From a bacterium (GTDB lineage Bacteria; UBP15; UBA6099), in contig JBAYJY010000005.1 of the NCBI GenBank assembly GCA_041664945.1, positions 1 through 63,682 on the forward strand: a stretch of 63,682 nucleotides of DNA, read 5' to 3'. The position numbers were made by a program, and so were the translations under genes. The notes under the pieces are model-generated. The model did not search any database. It was not told the DNA's origin and saw nothing but the letters and a program-made list of their open reading frames with translations. Shown here piece after piece: positions 47,957 to 56,887 of this stretch; position 1 is the first letter of the stretch; each line of letters begins with the position of its first letter.

Positions 47957-50068
47957 ATGGACAAGTTCGCGTTTATCTCGGTTCTAAAATTCCTGTCGCT
48001 GAACGGCCTGGTTTTGCTTTCCGGATGGCTTGCCGCCTCATGGCTGCCGGACTGCCGCCGCGGCGCCGGGCGCGTTCTCGCTTCTTTCGTTATTTCAACA
48101 GCGCTCATCGTCCTCAGTCTCGAACTGCTTGGCGCGTTCGGCCTGATCGTATTCAGATACGTTCTCGCCGCGCATACGGCGATATTTATTATCATCTTTT
48201 TGTTTTACCGGCGCGGCTTGAAACCGGCAAAGAACGCGGACATGGATTCACTTTCAGAGCAAGCGAAAGAAAGAAAAAGCGTTTTCCCGCTTTCGATCGT
48301 CGGCATTTTCGCCGTTCTGTTCGTCATCGCGGCGGCTTTCGCGCTGGTCATGCCCCCGGCGCCGACGGACGCCTTTCTCGACCATCTCGTCTTTCCTGCC
48401 GAATGGCTGCGCGCCGGGCGTATCACGCTCGTTCAAACTCTCAGCCCCGAGCAGGCGACTACCTATTACCCGGCAAACGGCGAACTGATTTACCTATGGC
48501 TGGCGCTGCCTCTTCACGACGACCTGCTCGCCGGCGCCATGGAGGCCGCCTGCCTTTTAATGTCCGTTTTCGCGGCGTTCAGGATCGGGAAGAAACTCGG
48601 TTTGAGCGAAGGCAATTCCGCAGCGGCGGCTGCGGCTGCCGCGCTCGCGCCGGTCGCTCTGAATCAGGTCCAGCAGTTCGGCGTCGACCTGTTTTTTGCG
48701 GCGGCGTTCCTCTGCTCGGCTGCCTTTCTGCTGCCGGACAGCGACGGAAAAAGATCGCGCTACGAGGTTCTTCTCGCCGGGCTCGCAGCAGGGCTGGCGC
48801 TCGGCTCGAAACATCTCGGAGTTCTGCTCGTCGCGCTTCTCGCTCCGCTGGTTTTCGCCGCGCGCGATGACAAAAAGAAATTCGCTCATTTCCTGCTTTT
48901 CATAGCGGCGGCGGCCTTGACCGGTTCGTACTGGTATCTTCGCAATCTGGCGGTCACGGGCAGCCCGTTCTACCCGCTCGGCGTCGATCTCTTCGGCTTT
49001 TCCCTCTTCAAAGGCGCATTCACGCGCGACGCCATGCTGCGCTCATACCTTCACACGCCGGCAGGCGACTTGAAAACGTTCGGGAAAATCATTTCCGAAA
49101 ACATTTTCGGCATCTGGCTTTTGGCCGGCGCCGCGCTTCTTTTGCTTGCTAATATCTCTAAAAATAAAAGAGACGTCAAAATCGACTTTGCGCCGATTTA
49201 CATTTTCATGCTCGGCCCGGTTGTGTTGGCGTTATTCTGGTTTGTGAATCCATACAACATTGCGAACAACGCGAGGTTCGTAATTCCGGGCATTTTCATG
49301 CTGTTCATATTCGCGGGGTGGCTGATCGAGCGCTCCGGCCGGCGCTGGAGCTGGGCGCTTATCGTTCCTGGCCTGCTTATCGGCAACTGGCCTTCGGCCA
49401 ACCGCTTCATGAGTTTTTTTCACAACTCATTGATAGGAAAAGGTTTCGCTTTCGACGCGCTCCCGCTTGCCGTCATCGCCATCCTATCTGCAATCCTATT
49501 TCTTGCCGCGATCTTTTTGCTCGCCAAAGGAAGCCGCCGACTGTCGCCGGTCTTTCTTCTGATTCTGGCGATCGCCGCTTTGATTCCGCTCAAATCCGGC
49601 TACATGCTTCTGGACCGCTACGACTGGTACGGCGCCCATTACCTCGCAGCCGGCTGGCGCGCGCTTGATTCCGTCGAAGAACCGTTGACTATCGCTTACG
49701 CCGGGAACTGTTCGCCTTACGGGCTTTACGGAAACCGGCTCAAAAACAAAGTAATCTACGCGAATCTCGACGGACGCCCTAACCTGCTCTTCCACGACTA
49801 CGAGCGCGAGTCGAGAAACAACGCCGGCTATAAACCTCCGCGCGACTCAACCAGCCTGAACGGCATTTTTCGCGGCAAAGCAGACTATTATGCATGGCTC
49901 GATCAACTGAGACTGAACAAAACCGATCTTCTTTTCGCTTCCAGAGAGTACATCGTCGGCCAAGGCGCCTCAACTCCGATTGAGCTCTCTTGGGCCCTCA
50001 CGCATCCGGAATCATTAAGTCTCGCATACCAAGAAGGCCCGGTTTACATCTTTCAAGTTTCAAAATAG
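47957..50068 (+). CDS. polytopic membrane protein, GT-C-type glycosyltransferase-like (ArnT/PMT-like architecture)
   Basis: About 700 aa with 12 or more hydrophobic helices over the first roughly 560 aa and a soluble C-terminal domain. The call rests on architecture only. Start at ATG 47957 (TTG 47951 in the ORF track). Confidence 0.5.
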   Translation: MDKFAFISVLKFLSLNGLVLLSGWLAASWLPDCRRGAGRVLASFVISTALIVLSLELLGAFGLIVFRYVLAAHTAIFIIIFLFYRRGLKPAKNADMDSLSEQAKERKSVFPLSIVGIFAVLFVIAAAFALVMPPAPTDAFLDHLVFPAEWLRAGRITLVQTLSPEQATTYYPANGELIYLWLALPLHDDLLAGAMEAACLLMSVFAAFRIGKKLGLSEGNSAAAAAAAALAPVALNQVQQFGVDLFFAAAFLCSAAFLLPDSDGKRSRYEVLLAGLAAGLALGSKHLGVLLVALLAPLVFAARDDKKKFAHFLLFIAAAALTGSYWYLRNLAVTGSPFYPLGVDLFGFSLFKGAFTRDAMLRSYLHTPAGDLKTFGKIISENIFGIWLLAGAALLLLANISKNKRDVKIDFAPIYIFMLGPVVLALFWFVNPYNIANNARFVIPGIFMLFIFAGWLIERSGRRWSWALIVPGLLIGNWPSANRFMSFFHNSLIGKGFAFDALPLAVIAILSAILFLAAIFLLAKGSRRLSPVFLLILAIAALIPLKSGYMLLDRYDWYGAHYLAAGWRALDSVEEPLTIAYAGNCSPYGLYGNRLKNKVIYANLDGRPNLLFHDYERESRNNAGYKPPRDSTSLNGIFRGKADYYAWLDQLRLNKTDLLFASREYIVGQGASTPIELSWALTHPESLSLAYQEGPVYIFQVSK

Positions 50069-50137
50069 ACAAAGCAGCCAGGCCAAATTGATTAATATAT
50101 TTATAATTCCTGCCAAATAACCGCATAAGTTTTCCAT
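50060..50137 (-). CDS. candidate 25-aa hydrophobic small protein (MENLCGYLAGIINILINLAWLLCLF)
   Basis: Below the ORF-track cutoff. The ATG at 50137 is preceded by a perfect AAGGAGG (50152-50146) at 8-nt spacing. One predicted TM helix. The 3' end overlaps the convergent GT-C gene stop by 9 nt. No clear promoter found. Confidence 0.35.
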   Translation of the reverse strand: MENLCGYLAGIINILINLAWLLCLF

Positions 50138-50220
50138 CGTTTCAACCTCCTTAAACGGAAGTCCGCAACAATCGTTATGCCGCCTTAGACATAATCGAAA
50201 TCGGGTTTTTTTTATTTTTC

Positions 50221-50249
50221 TTGTAGTAAATCTGTTTATAACTTATAAA
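50221..50249 (+). promoter_or_regulatory. sigma70-like promoter candidate for the formate dehydrogenase operon
   Basis: TTGTAG (50221-50226), 17 nt, TATAAA (50244-50249), in an AT-rich intergenic region about 55-65 nt upstream of the fdhA start. Confidence 0.35.
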
Positions 50250-50300
50250 AGAGTAGATTGACTTGTGAATTAAATAACAAACAAATAAGGAAAGGGGTGG

Positions 50301-53300
50301 GTGAGAAACACCATGGAGTTGACCAGAAGAGACTTTTTAAAGATCTCCGGGGCAACGGTTGCCGGCATCGCGCTTAGCGGCGCAGGGTTCGGCATAGGCG
50401 ACAGCACAACGGCTTATGCGGCTGAACTACGAACCAAGAATGCCACGGTAACCACCACGATCTGCGCCTATTGCAGCGTAAGCTGCAGCATACTGGTGTT
50501 CGCATCAGAAGGCAAGATCATCAACATGGAGGGCGACCCGGACGCGCCCATCAACCGCGGAGCGCTGTGCAGCAAGGGCGCTTCGTACTTCCAAACGGTA
50601 TCAAGCGAGTCGCGGCTGACGAAGCCGCTCTATCGCGCGCCCTATGCAAGCGAGTTCAAGGAAGTCACATGGGAATGGGCTTTGGAAAAGATCGCGGAGA
50701 ATATCAAGAAGAGCCGCGACGCGAGCTTCATGGAGAAGAACGCGAAGGGCGAATTAGTAAACCGCACAAACGGAATCGCCTCCTGCGGAAGCGCCGCGAT
50801 GGACAACGAAGAGTGCTACATCTATCAAAAATTCCTAAGGAGTCTGGGTTTGGTGTATATTGAGCACCAAGCCCGCATATGACACTCAGCCACTGTTGCG
50901 GCTCTGGCAGAGTCGTATGGACGTGGAGCAATGACAAATCACTGGATCGACTTCCAGAACAGTGACGTCATTTTGGCGATGGGGAGCAACCCCGCCGAGA
51001 ATCACCCGATTTCTTTCAAATGGATCACCAAGGCTATCGAAAAAGGCGGCATCCTGATCAACGTGGACCCGCGGTTCACCCGCACTTCCTCGAAAGCGCA
51101 CATCTACGCGCGCCTGCGCTCCGGCACGGACATTCCGTTCCTCGGCGGCATGATCAAGTATATCCTCGACAACGATCTTATCTACAAGGATTACGTCGTC
51201 AACTACACGAACGCCTCGCTTCTCATCAACAAGGACTTCAAATTCAACGACGGCCTTTTCTCGGGGTACAACCCGGAGACGCGCAAATACGATAAGGCCA
51301 CATGGGCCTATCAGTACGACGAAGCCGGCATCCCGATTAAGGACCCGACGCTTCAGAATCCGAACTGCGTGTACCAGCTTCTGAAGAAGCATTACTCGCG
51401 GTACGACCTCGACCTCGTGACGCGCGTGACCGGAACGCCGAAGGAAGACCTGCTCAAGGTTTACAAGGCGTACGCGTCAACCGGCGTCCCCGGCAAGTCG
51501 GCGACGATCCTGTACGCGATGGGATTCACTCAGCACACGGTGGGCACGCAGAACATCCGCGCGATGTCCATGATTCAATTGCTGCTCGGCAACATCGGTA
51601 TCGCGGGCGGCGGAGTCAACGCGCTGCGCGGCGAAGCCAATGTACAGGGCTCGACAGACTTCGGCCTGCTGTTCCACATCCTGCCCGGCTATCTGAAGCA
51701 GCCGGTCGCGTCCGCCCCGACGCTCGCGGACTACAACAAGAAGTTCACGCCCGCCACCAAAGACCCGAAAAGCCTCAACTGGTGGAGCAACACTCCGAAG
51801 TACATAGTGAGCCTGTTGAAAGCCTTCTACGGCGACAACGCGACAAAGGAAAATGATTTCGGATACAGTTGGATGCCGAAGCTCGACGACGGGCAGAACG
51901 CCTCGTGGCTTATGATTTTCGACGAGATGTCGAAAGGCAAATTCTCAGGCTTCTTCGCATGGGGCCAGAACCCGGCCTGCAGCGGCGCCAACTCGAACAA
52001 GACACGGCGCGCGCTCACCACTCTCGACTGGATGGTGAACGTAAACCTGTTCGACAACGAGACCGGCTCGTTCTGGAAAGGCCCGGGCATGGACCCGGCG
52101 AAGATCAAGACGGAAGTGTTCATGCTTCCGTGCGCCTCGTCTGTCGAGAAGGAAGGCAGCCTCGCAAACAGCGGCCGCTGGGTTCAGTGGCGCTACAAAG
52201 CGGTCAATCCGCCGGGAGAAGCGCTTCCGGACGGCGACATCATTTCCGAGCTCTGCCTTAAAGTCAAAAAGCTCTATGAAACAGAGGGCGGCAAGTTCCC
52301 GGAACCCATCACGAAACTATGGTGGAACTATTTCGACGAAAAGGGACATTTCAGCGTCCGCGAAATCGCCAAGGAAATCAACGGCAAGTGGATGCTTGAC
52401 GGAAAAGCGGCGGACGGCACGGAGTTCAAGAAGGGAAAACAGGTCCTGAACTTCACGAAGCTGATGGACGACGGGTCCACCTGCTGCGGAAGCTGGGTTT
52501 ATAGCGGAAGCGTGTCCGACACCGAGTTTCTGACGATGCGGCGCGACAACGTGGACAAATCAGGCATAGGCTTGTTCTCGAACTGGTCTTGGAGCTGGCC
52601 GATCAACCGGCGCATCATTTATAATCGCGCGTCGGTCGATCCGAACGGCGTTCCCACGAACCCGAACCGTGTTGTCATTAAGTGGGACGCGGAGAATAAA
52701 AAGTGGCTCAACGACGTGGCGGACAACGCGGCGCCCCCGCTCACCGACGAAAAAGGCGGCAAGCTCCCGTTCATCATGAACGCGGAAGGATACGGGCGCC
52801 TGTTCGGCGGCGGTTCTCTGAATGACGGCCCGTTCCCGGAACATTATGAACCACTCGAATGCCCGGTCGAGAAAAACCTCTTCTCCTCTCAGCGCATAAA
52901 CCCGACCATCAAGATGTTCAGCGAAGTCGGCGAGAGCAGCGAAGGCAAAGACGTCTACATGACGTGCAACCCGAAATACCCGTTCATCTGCGCCACCTAC
53001 CGCGTGTCCGAACACTGGCAGACAGGCGTCATGACACGCTGGAACAAACAGCTCATCGAACTTCAGCCGCAGAACATCTGCGAACTCAGCCCTGAGTTGG
53101 CGGCGCTCAAAGGCATCAAGAGCGGCGACAAGGTCGTCATCAAATCGCCGCGCGGCCAGATCGACACGATCGCGATTGTCACCTCGCGCCTCAAACCGTT
53201 CATCATCGACGGCAAGACGGTGCATCAGGTCGGCACCACATGGCACTTCGGATGGCTGACTCCCTCGGACGGCGGAGACAGCTCCAACCTGCTCACCCCG

Positions 53301-53372
53301 ACAGTCGGTGACGCAAACACCATGATCCCTGAATCAAAGGCGTTCATGGTCAACATCGAGAGGAAGGGGTGA
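50301..53372 (+). CDS. fdhA: formate dehydrogenase catalytic subunit, Tat-exported, selenocysteine-containing (in-frame TGA at 50880-50882)
   Basis: The ORFs 50301-50882 and 50931-53372 share one frame. Read-through gives IEHQARI-U-HSATVAALAESYGRGAMTNHW, the conserved Sec active-site block of FdnG/FdhA. Tat motif TRRDFLK, N-terminal 4Fe-4S Cys cluster (CAYCSVSCS...C). Start at GTG 50301 or ATG 50313. Confidence 0.9.
50880..50915 (+). other. UGA selenocysteine recoding site with candidate SECIS hairpin
   Basis: Directly 3' of the TGA, ACUC-AGCC-ACUGUUGC-GGCU-CUGGCA-GAGU can pair (AGCC/GGCU apical stem, ACUC/GAGU lower stem). Drawn by eye, not folded computationally. Confidence 0.55.
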
Positions 53373-53377
53373 TCTGA

Positions 53378-54112
53378 ATGTCATTCGCCAAACTCATTGA
53401 TACATCTCGCTGCATCGGATGCCGCGGCTGCCAGGCAGCCTGCAAAAACTGGAACCGCCTGCCATACGAGAAAACCAAAAACCGGGGCACGCTGCAAAAC
53501 CCGCCCGATATGTCCGCTTCAACTTATACGATTATCCGTTATAAGGAATCGGGCGAAGGCAACAACCTGCTCTGGACCTTCCTCAAGGATCAGTGCCGCC
53601 ACTGCGTCGATGCGCCGTGCAAGATCATGGCCGACGGCTACGACGCCACGGCAGTCGAGAAAACCGAAAGCGGCGCCGTTCTGTACACAGACAAAACCGC
53701 GAAGATCGAAGACCTCGAATTCTCCTGCCCCTACAACGTGCCGAGACGCGCGAAGGCCGGCGATCCCTATGTCAAATGCACTCTGTGCTTCGACCGCATC
53801 ACCAACAACCTGAAGCCGGCTTGCGTGACGACCTGCCCGACCGGCGCTCTCGAATTCGGAACGCGCGAGGACATGCTCAAACTCGCCAACGACCGCGTAG
53901 CCGAAATTAAGAGCCGCTACCCGGACGCCCACGTCATGCAGGACGCCAAAGACGTCTCCGTCTTCTACGTGCTTCACTACAAGGATGCTTTGTTCTCGAT
54001 GGAAGCCGACCTGTCGAAACACGACAAGTCACGCTACGCTTCGAGAAGAGACCTCCTCAACCCGAAGCGCATCGCATCAGGTCTGTCAGGATTGTCCAAG
54101 CTGTTAGGCTGA
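53378..54112 (+). CDS. fdhB: formate dehydrogenase iron-sulfur (beta) subunit
   Basis: 244 aa. Ferredoxin-type Cys clusters CIGCRGCQAAC, CRHCVDAPC, CTLCFDR, CVTTCP. Starts 5 nt after the fdhA stop. Confidence 0.85.
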   Translation: MSFAKLIDTSRCIGCRGCQAACKNWNRLPYEKTKNRGTLQNPPDMSASTYTIIRYKESGEGNNLLWTFLKDQCRHCVDAPCKIMADGYDATAVEKTESGAVLYTDKTAKIEDLEFSCPYNVPRRAKAGDPYVKCTLCFDRITNNLKPACVTTCPTGALEFGTREDMLKLANDRVAEIKSRYPDAHVMQDAKDVSVFYVLHYKDALFSMEADLSKHDKSRYASRRDLLNPKRIASGLSGLSKLLG

Positions 54113-54158
54113 AACATAATAAGCGGGCTAAACGATTCCCGCGACTCAAAGCAAATAT

Positions 54159-54192
54159 AAAAGGCCGCTCAATAGAGCGGCCTTTTTGTTTT
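54159..54192. terminator. bidirectional rho-independent terminator
   Basis: AAAA-GGCCGCTC-AATA-GAGCGGCC-TTTTTGTTTTT, between convergent fdhB and the 54261-54740 gene. Confidence 0.8.
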
Positions 54193-54260
54193 TCTTGTTC
54201 TCTTCGCGGCAAAAAATCGCCGGCAGGGCATTTCCTGCTAATAAACTTGCTATCCGTTTA

Positions 54261-54740
54261 TTATTCCGTGATTTTTTCGAGCCCGAGCAGTTCCGCTAAC
54301 GTGTTGTATGAATCCTTGCGCTTTGCCTGAAAATCGTTTGCGTTGTCATCAGTCTGCGAATCTATATACGCCGTCAATGCGTCCGCCGTATAGCCAAGCT
54401 TCTTCAGGCAGCCGGATATATCATTCAGCGACTTTCTGTCCGCCTCCGTTAAAGTCGTAAGATTCAGCAATTTCACGACATAACCGTCGAGAGTCGTGAG
54501 CGCGCCTTTCTGCTCGGCCACAACTGCTTTCGCATCTTCCCCGTTGTATACATCTTTCGCATATGCGTCCGCAGTGAGTCCGACAACTACCTGAACGTTA
54601 TACATCGCAAGCGCGGACGCGGCTCCGAATGCCTCTTCAAAAGTCGTCGTTTCCTGCGCCAAAACCGGTTTAGCCATAATCGCCAGCGACAACACTACAC
54701 TCATCGCCACAAGCATTGCCGCCTTCAATTGCTTTTTCAT
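54261..54740 (-). CDS. secreted alpha-helical protein of unknown function
   Basis: 159 aa. GGAGG RBS, signal peptide (AAMLVAMSVVLSLAIMAKPVLA/QE), no recognisable motif. Confidence 0.6.
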   Translation of the reverse strand: MKKQLKAAMLVAMSVVLSLAIMAKPVLAQETTTFEEAFGAASALAMYNVQVVVGLTADAYAKDVYNGEDAKAVVAEQKGALTTLDGYVVKLLNLTTLTEADRKSLNDISGCLKKLGYTADALTAYIDSQTDDNANDFQAKRKDSYNTLAELLGLEKITE

Positions 54741-54963
54741 TTTGCCAGCCTCCGTTTAGTTTTTGCCCTAAATATCGCTTTCATGTCATACAATTATAAC
54801 AAATAATTTGGTTTTTGAAGAGGAAGATTGATTCTGATCGTAATTTCTCATTCCCGGATAAATCAACCGCCGACCTTTTTATCTTTAATGGAATGCCTTA
54901 TCATTTAGCCGGCGGCCGGCGAAACCTGCCGCCGAATAATATTAAGGAAGATAACGGCTGAAA

Positions 54964-55827
54964 ATGGAAAAGCAAATAGTGGAACAGATGCGGAAAAGAA
55001 TTGTTGAGCTGAAAGAGACTCGAAACGACCTTGTCGATGCGCTCGATCTTTATTCGAAGATAATTGAGATAGGCGCGCAAGTCGACCCGTCGGAGATAGG
55101 CGAGCCGCTGGCGGCGCCGGCAGAGGCGGCAAAAGGCCCCTACCCGTTCTTCGATCTTGCCACGGCGAAAATCAACTGGACCGCCGCCGCCCCGGCCTTT
55201 AAAAAAATGTGCGCGCTTTTTTGCGAAGAGGGCCAGACTGAACCGGATGTGGAGAAAGCGAAAAACGCCGACGCGAAGGAAGCCGGCGAAATGCTTGCGA
55301 CCGCGTTCGCCCGCTTCGTCTTCATGGACCGCCAGGTGACGCCGGAAAACCCCGACGCCGCCTCCGCGCAGCTCGCCTTCGTCGCATTCCTGACAATGCG
55401 CAACTACATCGGCCGCCTCGTCGGCGAGGGCCGCAAGCTGCTCGACAACCAGGAAGGCGTCTACGAAGCGACATGCCCGCTTTGCGGCGGCAAACCTCTG
55501 ATGTCGAAACTCGTCAAAGAGGAAGGCTTCCGCCATCTCGTTTGCGGAATCTGCGAGAGCGACTGGCTGTTCACGCGCCTCAAATGCTCAAACTGCGGCA
55601 ACACCGACCACAAAACCGTCGGCTTGATCGTGCCGGAAAATATCGAAGACCCCTACTCCGTGTTCACCTGCGACGAATGCAAACACTATCTGAAAATCAT
55701 TGACACCCGCAAATACAAACATCATGTCGATTCGCTGTTCGAGGCGATCGCAACCGCACACTGGGACTACATCGCGCAAAACCGGGGTTTCAAGTCGTCC
55801 GCGACATGGGTGGGCATGACGACGTAA
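54964..55827 (+). CDS. fdhE: formate dehydrogenase accessory protein FdhE
   Basis: 287 aa. Four CxxC pairs in FdhE spacing (CPLCGG, CGICES, CSNCGN, CDECKH). Confidence 0.8.
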   Translation: MEKQIVEQMRKRIVELKETRNDLVDALDLYSKIIEIGAQVDPSEIGEPLAAPAEAAKGPYPFFDLATAKINWTAAAPAFKKMCALFCEEGQTEPDVEKAKNADAKEAGEMLATAFARFVFMDRQVTPENPDAASAQLAFVAFLTMRNYIGRLVGEGRKLLDNQEGVYEATCPLCGGKPLMSKLVKEEGFRHLVCGICESDWLFTRLKCSNCGNTDHKTVGLIVPENIEDPYSVFTCDECKHYLKIIDTRKYKHHVDSLFEAIATAHWDYIAQNRGFKSSATWVGMTT

Positions 55828-55852
55828 TGCCTGAGCAGGCAATTATTTATAT

Positions 55853-56848
55853 ATGAGGTTCAGCATCATGAAAAAGACAATCGTTATGGCAATGCTCTGC
55901 GCGGCTATAGCCGCGTCTCAAATCGAGGCCGCCGCGCCGAAAGCCGCTAAACCGGCTAAAAAGGCAAACACTTTCACCGTTCTCACCGCGAACATCGGCA
56001 ACATGAGCGTAACGCGCGCCAACTACAACAGGAAATTCAAGGCGCCGTTTTACAACCTCGGCGTCCTGAAAGACAGCCTGAGCAAAATCGGGCCGGACGT
56101 CATTTTCATTCAGGAAATCGACCGCGAGGGACTCGAATCGGAAAAGATTCTCTTTCCCGGCAAATACGACGTCAGATGCGAGGGCGAGCTTTGCATGGGC
56201 GTCAATATGGAAAAATTCGAATACATAGACACATGCGAGAAAGGAAACGGATTCCTGCTGTGTTCCGCACGAATCGTCACCGTGAAACCGATCAAGGAAG
56301 AATGCAAAAAGGTGAAAAACGACTACGTCTGCGTCTCGCAGCGAACACTGCTGAAACAAGAGATCGTCAAGCTCGTCAACGTTCACACTTCAAGCCCGCT
56401 CAACGACAAGGACTTCGCCATTAGGAGAACTCAGATATGCGATTCTCTGGCCCTGATCGCTGAATACGACAGGCAGGGCTACGGCGTGATCATGTCCGGC
56501 GACTTCAATTTCGATCCGGCTCAGGACAGGAGCAGCAGCCTTCTGAAAAAAGGAATAGTCGACGATATGGCCAAGCTGAATGATTGCTGGGCCTCCGCTT
56601 TTTCCGAACAGAAAAAATCAGATCTGAACATGATCAACTCGGACGAACCAACCTGGGAAATCAAGGAACCCGGCGTGCTCGGCATAGGAAAGAAAACGCT
56701 CAGAAAATGCCTCGATCACATTATTTCAAACTTCTCCAGGGATAAATGCTCGATACTTAAGGAAAACAAAAACCGCCTCGATATATCGGCGAAAACGCCA
56801 AACGGATTCATGGACCACAGCGCAGTGCTGTGCTCTCTGAAATACTAA
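55853..56848 (+). CDS. secreted endonuclease/exonuclease/phosphatase (EEP) family protein
   Basis: 331 aa. Signal peptide and EEP motifs (LTANIGN, IFIQEID, NVHTS, SGDFNF, DHIIS). Alternative start at ATG 55868 (MKKTIV). Confidence 0.75.
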   Translation: MRFSIMKKTIVMAMLCAAIAASQIEAAAPKAAKPAKKANTFTVLTANIGNMSVTRANYNRKFKAPFYNLGVLKDSLSKIGPDVIFIQEIDREGLESEKILFPGKYDVRCEGELCMGVNMEKFEYIDTCEKGNGFLLCSARIVTVKPIKEECKKVKNDYVCVSQRTLLKQEIVKLVNVHTSSPLNDKDFAIRRTQICDSLALIAEYDRQGYGVIMSGDFNFDPAQDRSSSLLKKGIVDDMAKLNDCWASAFSEQKKSDLNMINSDEPTWEIKEPGVLGIGKKTLRKCLDHIISNFSRDKCSILKENKNRLDISAKTPNGFMDHSAVLCSLKY

Positions 56849-56887
56849 CCAGCCTCGCGCAATTTGCCGATTATCCCATCTCCGCCA

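Noticed and set aside
47785-48195. 5' extension of the Gfo/Idh/MocA ORF to 48195
   Set aside because: The extension runs through the divergent promoter region and into the opposite gene. The Rossmann fold starts right after ATG 47784, which has a GGAGG RBS.
50883-50930. Apparent gap between two formate dehydrogenase ORFs, suggesting a split or pseudogenised gene
   Set aside because: The frame is the same on both sides, and the TGA sits at the canonical Sec position of the conserved active-site block. It is interpreted as recoding, not decay.
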